Source: a virus (taxonomy: Duplodnaviria; Caudoviricetes). Taken from it: a DNA stretch of 52,283 nucleotides. The stretch spans positions 1 to 52,283 of the IMG/VR virus record IMGVR_UViG_3300020171_000039; one strand, 5' to 3'. The notes under the pieces were generated by a model. The model ran no database searches. It was not told where the DNA came from and saw only the letters and a program-made list of their open reading frames with translations. This document shows, piece after piece, positions 19,496 to 27,162 of this stretch. The number at the start of each line of letters is the position of its first letter. Position 1 is the first letter of the stretch. Position numbers and translations under genes: made by a program.

Positions 19496-20566
19496 CTATG
19501 ACGTCGCTGTGACAAGGCCATCGGCAGACGTCGTGCTACCTGGTACAGCAGACTCGAACAAGGACTTGAAACTGTAGACGTTCGAGCCTTCGGCAAGGAG
19601 TACGAGACCTCCGAAGTACATGTCGATCGTCCACTCCGTTGCAGGCTTCGATGCAAGGATAGCCTGTTTCAGATTCGAGACACCTGACGTACTGAAGGCA
19701 TACAACATATAGAATCCTGAACTCAGGATCTGTTGCAGATTCAGAGCGTAACTAACGACCTCGTCAACGATCCGGAGCAACTCCTGGATCTTGATAATGT
19801 ACAGTTCGAGCAACTCAACAACAGCATCTTCGATGTTGGCAGCAGGTTCGAGCATCTCGGCCAGCTTGTTGATCCCTTGATCAAGCATCGTTGCCAATCC
19901 TGGCCAGACGTCTCGAATTGTCCAACCTGCCCAGTCCGGAGGCGTCGAGTAGGTCTTAGGTGCTGTAAGTACCGAACCGTCGAGGAGCTCGATCTGGGTC
20001 AGGATCCCTTGCATCTCGGCAACATTCGGGACCAAAGCTAGAAGCTTCCTGTAGGCTGCTCCTAGTTCTCCGAACGATGGAGCAGCTGCTGCTAGTACGA
20101 TAGCCACGACAGGGCCTGAAGTCACGGGTCTGTCCAGGTCTCCGAGATCATCAAACGAGTTCCCGAGATCAGACATGAAGTCGTTGTACGACGCTTGTCG
20201 ATTCGACTCGTGATAGAACCTTTTCCCTGTTCGGAGGAAGTGGAGATAGTCCTTCACAGGATACTCCCACATAGGCAATACCTTGATGCCCGTTCCTAAG
20301 AACTCGTCCTTGATTTGGTCAGTAAGGAGTACGACTGCATCCAAAGCATTCGGAAGCTTCCCGACTGCGGAAACAATCGTCTTCATCTGAGACAGCACAG
20401 TCTGGACTACTCCGAGGCTCGCTGAGACAGCCTTGGTCACAGCCTCGGCTCCGTCAAGGATATCGTCGACCTTCGCTCCAGTCGCTCCGAGTAATGACGT
20501 GCCCGAGGCCTCGAACCACTGAGTACCTGTCACTCCGTCACCCCAGATGATTGGACTCGTAGGCAT
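19496..20566 (-). CDS. Hypothetical helical baseplate-region protein
   Basis: 356-aa ORF with RBS inside the baseplate cluster. Confidence 0.7.
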   Translation of the reverse strand: MPTSPIIWGDGVTGTQWFEASGTSLLGATGAKVDDILDGAEAVTKAVSASLGVVQTVLSQMKTIVSAVGKLPNALDAVVLLTDQIKDEFLGTGIKVLPMWEYPVKDYLHFLRTGKRFYHESNRQASYNDFMSDLGNSFDDLGDLDRPVTSGPVVAIVLAAAAPSFGELGAAYRKLLALVPNVAEMQGILTQIELLDGSVLTAPKTYSTPPDWAGWTIRDVWPGLATMLDQGINKLAEMLEPAANIEDAVVELLELYIIKIQELLRIVDEVVSYALNLQQILSSGFYMLYAFSTSGVSNLKQAILASKPATEWTIDMYFGGLVLLAEGSNVYSFKSLFESAVPGSTTSADGLVTATS

Positions 20567-20576
20567 CTACTACTCC

Positions 20577-22196
20577 CTACTCATAGCTTCCACCGATCAC
20601 CACGAAGTCCTCGTGGTCTGCCGGATAGACCACGTCTGGGTGATAGGCCATGTCAGGGTCTGGACCGTTGCTGCTCGCCCACGTGGTCCTGGCTCCGTCC
20701 GAGCTTCTGGTCGCCCGGTTGTGGACGAACGTCCGAACGACGTGAGCCCACGGTCCCTGCCATGGAGTGAGGACGATGTCGTCCGCTGTCACAGCCGTCG
20801 TCGTGCCATGATTTGTGCCGACTTGGTCAGGTACGTCGTTGGCTCCTGGGATGGCTGGATAGTCCGGGAGCCATCCCCACAAGGACACGAGGTTCCCGAA
20901 TGCAGAGGACTCCCTGGGATCCAGCGGGTCCACTGCCCCATGAAGTTCTACGATCTCGGCAAGGGAGAGGACCTTGTTGAAATAGAACATACAGGCTTGC
21001 TTGGAGTCGAGACTTAGGTTGCACAGAACAGGCCCCGTCCCCGCATACAGGGCGTTGACCACGGAGTTCTCGGTCTTCGTCCAGTTCGTGATCTCCACGG
21101 CGTTGAGGTAGAACTTGGGGTCGTTCACACCGAAGGTGAGTGCCCAACGGTACCACGTGCTCGGAGAAAGAATGGCGTCGATGGACCGCCATATCTTCCT
21201 GTTCCCCGGGGCTCCAGTCGCCGCGTTCGTCAGGTACAACTCAATCTTCGTCACGGCCCCAGACGGGACAATGACCTGCCACCGGTTCTGTAGGGAGTTG
21301 TAGTCTCTGAGGATCGTACCGGAAACCCCCTCGTGGTAATAGAGGCCGCCGACCGTGAAGTTGACTGGGTCTTTGAGGCTGATGTCGCTCCCAAAAGAGA
21401 TTCTGTTCCCCAAGATGTTCGTGAAGTGCAGTGCTCTGTAGTTCCACTTGTCCTTCGGCCCAAGCCACGGGGTATCAACCACGTCTGCTGCGTCCATGTT
21501 ATACGTCGTTCCGTGGTTGCTCCCGAACCTGTCAGGAACGTCGTAGGCACCAGGGACGAGGAGCATCTCGTCGTCCCAGATCCAAGACGACACAAGAGCG
21601 GCGCTGCCTGTCGGCGTCCACAGGAGCGGATCACCTGGAGCCCCTCCGAGACCTCCGTTGTGGAAGTAGGTCACGTCGGCGGCGGACGGCAGTTCCGTGT
21701 CTGTGATGAACGGGTTGTAGATCATGCCCGCCCACCCTGCCGACGACCTGCCGAGTCGGAGTCGTGCAGCCGGGGCAGCATTGAGGGTAAGGATCGGCGC
21801 GTTGTAGGTTATCGTCCACGCAGTGATCGCGACGTTATTCACCTTGAGCGTAACGGCTCCGGTATCAAACCCGAGGTAGATATGAGCCTGTCCTGACGCG
21901 GGGAGGACTTGGTCAGTCGTCTCCCAGTGGATTGCGTGGGCCGCATCGTAGGTGCCGTTGTCGGTCAAGAATATCGTGAGTTTGCGGGCGTGTGTTAGCC
22001 CTGCGATGATCGCCCACGACTTATCTGTACCACCATCCCAGCGGGCGATGATGTAATCCACCGCGCTCTGCGCTCCGCACTCCACCCAGATCGACACGCC
22101 AAGTTTATTCGTGATCTGCAACGACGCCGGAGCAAGAAAGTCGACCATGTCGTTGACGCCGTCGAGAACCAGCCCTTTCTTGTACCACCTAGCCAT
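20577..22196 (-). CDS. Tandem LamG/concanavalin A-like virion protein
   Basis: Two ~245-aa repeats ending DVPDRFGSNHGTT...TPWLGP and DVPDQVGTNHGTT...TPWQGP; LDGVND start motif. Confidence 0.7.
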   Translation of the reverse strand: MARWYKKGLVLDGVNDMVDFLAPASLQITNKLGVSIWVECGAQSAVDYIIARWDGGTDKSWAIIAGLTHARKLTIFLTDNGTYDAAHAIHWETTDQVLPASGQAHIYLGFDTGAVTLKVNNVAITAWTITYNAPILTLNAAPAARLRLGRSSAGWAGMIYNPFITDTELPSAADVTYFHNGGLGGAPGDPLLWTPTGSAALVSSWIWDDEMLLVPGAYDVPDRFGSNHGTTYNMDAADVVDTPWLGPKDKWNYRALHFTNILGNRISFGSDISLKDPVNFTVGGLYYHEGVSGTILRDYNSLQNRWQVIVPSGAVTKIELYLTNAATGAPGNRKIWRSIDAILSPSTWYRWALTFGVNDPKFYLNAVEITNWTKTENSVVNALYAGTGPVLCNLSLDSKQACMFYFNKVLSLAEIVELHGAVDPLDPRESSAFGNLVSLWGWLPDYPAIPGANDVPDQVGTNHGTTTAVTADDIVLTPWQGPWAHVVRTFVHNRATRSSDGARTTWASSNGPDPDMAYHPDVVYPADHEDFVVIGGSYE

Positions 22197-22197
22197 G

Positions 22198-23349
22198 CTA
22201 CGACCTCACCAGTTCGACGGACCCGAAGTGGGCCGTGTCGGTGTTCCAGACGCCGCCGATCACATCCATGCGGACCTCGTAGAGCTTCTTCGTGTCCTGG
22301 AGGTTGCCAGCCGCAGAGCCTACGGTGAGCGCAGCCGACTCCACCTCGGTCTCCGAGAGCGCTGTCGTCGTCAGGTCAGCCCCGGTCACGTACTCGTTGT
22401 CGGTGAGGTTGAACAACCTCACCCGCGCAGTGATCGGGATCGTCGGCCCCGATGTCCACCCAACCATCCGGAATGTCCAGGTCCCGGTGGAGTAGGCCCC
22501 GGCATTGATCGGAGTGGCACCGTGAGCCAGCGTGCTGCCGATGTCGTGGGGCACAAGCTGTCCGGTGGCAAAGCGGAAGACCAGATCCCCACCGAGCACT
22601 GCTGGCTTGCCGGTCACTGCGGCCCAGGCCACGGCGAGGGCGACGTCTGCCGAAGCTGCGTCAGCGACCTGGGAGGTGATGTCGCCGCCTCCGTGGGTGT
22701 GTGCCGCTGCCGCTGCCCCGATGTCCGCTGCCGCAATGGCGTCAGGTTGTCCAGTAGCGTGGCTGGCTGCGTGCGCCGTTGGCGTCCTGGCGTCACTGTT
22801 GCGGAGGTCGGCGTCGGTTACGTACTTGTTCCCAGCTCCGGGAGCGCCTGAAGTCCCTGGTAACGCAGCCTTCTCTCCTGCGGTAGGAAGGTTCGCGTGG
22901 GCGTATGTCCCTTCGTGGGCACCGACAGCCGCTGCTGCTTCACCTGACTGGTCGTAGGTTGCGGGGAGGGCTCCGCCGAGTTTCTCAGCGTTGAGGGCCG
23001 TGTCAACCTTCGTAGCTGACGCAGTGGCGTAGTCGGCCTTGAGCATGTCTCCGCCGAGCACCGGAGCTCCGATCACACCTGTCCAAGGAACCGTATCAGC
23101 GTAGTCTGCGGTCGCTGCCGAGTTCGCTCGATCTGCTAGTGTAGCGTAGTCTGCAATCGCTGCATGATCAGCATCGTCTACAATTCCATCGTCGTTGGTG
23201 TCGTAGGTCTCTTGGACTCGACCGAGGACGACGTCGAGGATCTGTTCCCAAGATGGCCAGACCAGCCCCATCTCAGAGGATGTCAGACTTTGGATAGCTG
23301 CAAGGACACTCTTCGAGAGTGTCTCCAATCCTTGTTTAATCGACGCCAT
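22198..23349 (-). CDS. Tail fibre-like protein
   Basis: Ala-rich ADYA repeats, DARTPTAHAASH and AHTH fibre motifs; ATG at 23349 overlaps the spike stop. Confidence 0.65.
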   Translation of the reverse strand: MASIKQGLETLSKSVLAAIQSLTSSEMGLVWPSWEQILDVVLGRVQETYDTNDDGIVDDADHAAIADYATLADRANSAATADYADTVPWTGVIGAPVLGGDMLKADYATASATKVDTALNAEKLGGALPATYDQSGEAAAAVGAHEGTYAHANLPTAGEKAALPGTSGAPGAGNKYVTDADLRNSDARTPTAHAASHATGQPDAIAAADIGAAAAAHTHGGGDITSQVADAASADVALAVAWAAVTGKPAVLGGDLVFRFATGQLVPHDIGSTLAHGATPINAGAYSTGTWTFRMVGWTSGPTIPITARVRLFNLTDNEYVTGADLTTTALSETEVESAALTVGSAAGNLQDTKKLYEVRMDVIGGVWNTDTAHFGSVELVRS

Positions 23350-24869
23350 CAGACCAGCACCTTCGGGTTCAAGCCGTGGACAACCCCAGCGAACAAGCAA
23401 TTCGGAAGATTGTTACAAGGGAACTGGAGGCCTGTTGCTGTCGGCATCAGGATCGTTCCATCAGGAAGCATCGTGATCGTGTCTGCTGGGGTTGTTCCTC
23501 CGATCGTCGTAATCCCTGCCGGAGTTAGCTTGATCGACTTCCCTGCAAGGTTCGAGATCGTGACATTTCCTACCGAGTCGACTTCGACCGAAGCCGAGAC
23601 ACCTAACAGGCCAGCTCCGATCTTAAGAGATCCTAGAATCGTATTCAACGAGAACTTCCCTGCGAGAGATTCGAACAAGACGTTCCCTGTGACGACCCTG
23701 GTCACCCAGCCGTTTACAGCGACACCGGATAACGAAGCATTCATGACCACCGATTGGAATGCTCCTTGGATTGTCTGAGTCATCGACGATCCAGAGCTCA
23801 GAGCGAGGTTCCCTAGAGCTGAGATGAACCGGTTCCCGAGGACTCGTTCTCTGAGGTTCCCTAAGAACGTGACCTTGCGATTACGTCTATAGGTCTCTTC
23901 GGTCTCTCCGTCTGCTTCAATCGAATAGTTCCGAGCAGCTCTGACAGCGACGTCGCCATTCTTGGACATCACCAACGCGGAGCCTGACAACGACCTCAAC
24001 ACCAGCTGCTCGTCTCCCCAGGCCGAGGATGTGATCGTGTTCCCTACCGCATCGGTCAAAGAGAACCCGTCAGCGCCCAGAGCTGCACTGAGAACGAGTT
24101 TCTGCTCTCGGATCCCGGCCCGGTCCCGGGAGATGATCGAGATGTTCTCGTGGCCATCTCGGGCGTCTAACAAGATCGTCTGACCTGACAGGTCTGTGAT
24201 CTTCACGAACCCGCGACGTGAGACCATCTTGTCGTGTCCGACCTGGTTCCCCTTGGTCACATCACGAGTACCTCGTTGCTCTGCATTGTCAGCGTTTGCA
24301 ACGACCTGGACAGGACACGACATCTCGATGATCTGACCTGCTCGGTCAATGATCTTCAAGAACTCTTCGCCATCACGGTCCTCGACGAGGATCGTGTGCC
24401 CTTTGTAGCTCTTCTTCCACGCTGTCCTGGTCGGGTGCTTGTCGTCGCTGTGATCCTCGAACACGTCCTTGGGGTACGTGGTTCCCTCAGGAGCTATCCA
24501 AGTCTGGCCCTGTCCTTGACCCCTGGTCGTGATCATCTCGATCGGTAACGACGCGATCCCGTGGAGGCCTCCGAGGACTACAGGGTAGCTAGGATCGCCT
24601 CGGTTCAAGAACCCGCAGAGAACATCGTCTCCGTTGATGAACTCGGACGAAGGACCGTGATCGTGCCCTGCTCCTCCGTCGACCTTGACCATCGCCCAAG
24701 GCAACGACTCCAACGGAGTGTCTTCGACGTCACCGTGTATAGCCCAGATCCGGACACGGACACGTCCGATCTTCAACGGATCTTCGACATCTTCGACTCG
24801 ACCAGGTTCGTTGCACCCTAGCCAGTTCCCTGTTGCAGCATCGTTAGATAGTTTGAGGATGTCAACCAT
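23349..24869 (-). CDS. gp5: Baseplate central spike (gp5/VgrG-like OB fold plus beta-helix)
   Basis: GRVEDVEDPLKIGRVRVRI, LPWA, GDPSYPVVLG and KGHTI motifs; C-terminal C..C..G..H tip; no lysozyme domain seen. Confidence 0.88.
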   Translation of the reverse strand: MVDILKLSNDAATGNWLGCNEPGRVEDVEDPLKIGRVRVRIWAIHGDVEDTPLESLPWAMVKVDGGAGHDHGPSSEFINGDDVLCGFLNRGDPSYPVVLGGLHGIASLPIEMITTRGQGQGQTWIAPEGTTYPKDVFEDHSDDKHPTRTAWKKSYKGHTILVEDRDGEEFLKIIDRAGQIIEMSCPVQVVANADNAEQRGTRDVTKGNQVGHDKMVSRRGFVKITDLSGQTILLDARDGHENISIISRDRAGIREQKLVLSAALGADGFSLTDAVGNTITSSAWGDEQLVLRSLSGSALVMSKNGDVAVRAARNYSIEADGETEETYRRNRKVTFLGNLRERVLGNRFISALGNLALSSGSSMTQTIQGAFQSVVMNASLSGVAVNGWVTRVVTGNVLFESLAGKFSLNTILGSLKIGAGLLGVSASVEVDSVGNVTISNLAGKSIKLTPAGITTIGGTTPADTITMLPDGTILMPTATGLQFPCNNLPNCLFAGVVHGLNPKVLV

Positions 24870-26159
24870 CTAAGCTCCTGCCTCGGTCAGCGTCGTGATC
24901 TTCTTGACCTGGGCATCGATCGTGTACGAGTTCTCGATCCGATGCGAGGCCTGGGCGACTCTCCAGTATCCCGATGTCCAATGGACTCGTCCATTCGGGA
25001 GTTCGACGATGTAGTGATGATGATCGCCTCCGACCATACCCAGGGTCTTAGGTGTCCCGTAGAACCTCGTAGTCCCTGAACGCATCCTCCAGTACAACTC
25101 TTCCCAGGCTTGTTTACCTAGTCGTTCCGCTTCGGCTAGATCAGTGTTCAAGAAGGCGTAGCGGAGCTTCGTAGCGAACTCGACACGCTCACGGGCTTCT
25201 TCTTCTGAGATCTTGTCCGCGTCTGCTAACGCCTTGACCGTGTCCAACGGGACTTCTCCGGTCTTGGACCAGATCTGCTGAGACAGCGGATCGTCAATGA
25301 CCAACTTAGATCCGATCGGAGACGATACCATCTTGCGATACTCTTTCACTAGAGGGTTGTACGCCCGCATCACCGCTCCGGTCCCGGCGAGGTTGCCTAC
25401 AGCGAACGCATCGATATCAGGAGAGAAGTCAAGGATCTCAGGGCTTTGGCGTACAAGCAACCTGAACTCAGACGAGGCACCCGGAGCATGCAGTACCGGT
25501 CCGAAGTATAGCTTCCTCCCGTTCCCTCGGAGAGTAAAGGCATACCCTCCTGTGTACTGTTTCAGAGTCGACTCCGCTCCTGGTAACAGCTGCTCGACGA
25601 CGTAGTCCCAATGATCCTGCGACGGCGTCATCGCAGGCCATTCTCGAGGGTCGTCATTCGTGTCCCAGATCTCAGGGGTCTGAAGCTCTGCGTGGAACTC
25701 CGCGATTGTCTTGACAACATCAGATCGTCTACCGAAGAACGACGTAGGCATCGGCTTCGGAGCGATGTGTCCGATCTTTCCTTCGATCGACAACAAGATC
25801 CCGGCATTGGTAATTCGAGGCAACGCTCGGAGGATGTGACCGTAATACCAGTCTCCGTCATCGTGCCCGGGGTTCCACAGGTCGTGCTCAGGGAATCCGA
25901 AGCGGAACTGGAACCTGGCGTAGTCAGGGCTGGTACTGATTGGGTTCGCTTGTTGTGAGATCTGACGACGGACCAGATCCATCAACTCCAACTCCAAGTC
26001 TCCGAATGTGGGATCGATGAAGTTCAGCTGGAACGTCGAGATCGAAGTCTGGGACGAGTTCAGTACAAAGTTCTTGAGGTACTTCGGAGGTATCCTAGTC
26101 AGGAGCTGTCCTCCGATCGAGACTTCGACCTGGGGATGAGCACTAGTTAACGACGACAC
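24870..26159 (-). CDS. Baseplate hub protein (gp27/gpD-like)
   Basis: FRFGF, SGYWRV...HRI...YTI C-terminus; sits between LysM-like wedge and spike. Confidence 0.7.
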   Translation of the reverse strand: MSSLTSAHPQVEVSIGGQLLTRIPPKYLKNFVLNSSQTSISTFQLNFIDPTFGDLELELMDLVRRQISQQANPISTSPDYARFQFRFGFPEHDLWNPGHDDGDWYYGHILRALPRITNAGILLSIEGKIGHIAPKPMPTSFFGRRSDVVKTIAEFHAELQTPEIWDTNDDPREWPAMTPSQDHWDYVVEQLLPGAESTLKQYTGGYAFTLRGNGRKLYFGPVLHAPGASSEFRLLVRQSPEILDFSPDIDAFAVGNLAGTGAVMRAYNPLVKEYRKMVSSPIGSKLVIDDPLSQQIWSKTGEVPLDTVKALADADKISEEEARERVEFATKLRYAFLNTDLAEAERLGKQAWEELYWRMRSGTTRFYGTPKTLGMVGGDHHHYIVELPNGRVHWTSGYWRVAQASHRIENSYTIDAQVKKITTLTEAGA

Positions 26160-26454
26160 CTCTAGACCTCAGTACGTTGACGACCCGCTCCTTGAGCGGG
26201 ACAAGAACCACCAACCCAGCAGTCAGTCCGACTATTGGATCGGAGATCCCATTGACCATAGGGATGACCCAGAACAGATCCGAGAGACCGTAGGCGACCC
26301 TGGCCAGATCGTACGGACGATGCGCCAGAGCCGCAGGAACTCGCTTGACCCGGTCGGTGTAATCAGGTTCGATCAAGAGCATGTTCACAGGCCAACCAGT
26401 CCAAGTCCCAGATACCGAGTCGAAGAACCTGGTCCTCAGCGGACCTATTGACAT
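26143..26454 (-). CDS. gp53: Baseplate wedge LysM-like protein (gp53/gpX-like)
   Basis: RPYDLARVAYGLSDLFWVIPMVNGISDP...LVVLVP motif. Confidence 0.8.
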   Translation of the reverse strand: MSIGPLRTRFFDSVSGTWTGWPVNMLLIEPDYTDRVKRVPAALAHRPYDLARVAYGLSDLFWVIPMVNGISDPIVGLTAGLVVLVPLKERVVNVLRSRGVVVN

Positions 26455-26464
26455 CGTGCTTGTG

Positions 26465-27082
26465 CTACCCATTAGCTTCGTACCATTCCCAGTTCTTGAT
26501 CGGTTCAACCCCGGCAAGGTTCGGTTTCGTGACTCTCAGAGTCGCTGTGACCTTGCAGTGGAACGGGACACCTCCCTGGAGTTCGACGGGTCCGGTCTCG
26601 TCGAATGACAGGTTCTTGAATACTCCGTACCATGCCCGTTGCTGTGTGACAGTATAGGTCTCGGTTGCTTCAGACCCGGACCCGAGCATCACCAACACCG
26701 GAGGAGGTGGTTGAAGGAACAGACCTTGATCATCCATCTCAGGCAACAGCAGCTTCTCGAACCAGATCATCTCAGCGAGGACATCCGCAGGGGTCCTGTC
26801 GTCACCTTGGTCCATCGAGGACTGGAGACCGAATACGAAGTCGATCTCTTGTCCTGTTGTGAACGCGTATCCGAGGTGAGGATCAACAGTCCCTCGGAAC
26901 GGCTCTTCTTGCCACTCGGCGCTACGGTTCCGGCGAGGAGGCTCAAGCAGTAGAGGAGAGACATAGGAGTTCTCTTCGTACTCGATAGTTCCGACGACTG
27001 CGAGTACGTTGTCTACTACCGATCCTAACCCGGAAGGAACCATCTGTCCGAACAGCCGCATGTTGTATACCGTACACAGCAT
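26465..27082 (-). CDS. Tail tube initiator / baseplate protein (gp48/gp54-like)
   Basis: Follows tape measure; PPPVLVMLG and P..CKVTATL motifs. Confidence 0.65.
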   Translation of the reverse strand: MLCTVYNMRLFGQMVPSGLGSVVDNVLAVVGTIEYEENSYVSPLLLEPPRRNRSAEWQEEPFRGTVDPHLGYAFTTGQEIDFVFGLQSSMDQGDDRTPADVLAEMIWFEKLLLPEMDDQGLFLQPPPPVLVMLGSGSEATETYTVTQQRAWYGVFKNLSFDETGPVELQGGVPFHCKVTATLRVTKPNLAGVEPIKNWEWYEANG

Positions 27083-27158
27083 CTCAGCTCCTGTGTACGC
27101 CGAGTTCGATACCGAGGGGTCCCCAGGGCATCAGGTACTTCGAAGTCTCGGTAGGCGT
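27072..27158 (-). promoter_or_regulatory. Two adjacent RNA stem-loops at the translation start of the tube-initiator gene
   Basis: GTACACAG/CTGTGTAC stem around SD and ATG, plus a bulged hairpin at 27097-27158. Confidence 0.45.
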
Positions 27159-27162
27159 CATC

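Noticed and set aside
27083-27162. tRNA in the intergenic gaps
   Set aside because: A GTTCGAT is present but no cloverleaf could be built; it folds as a simple hairpin
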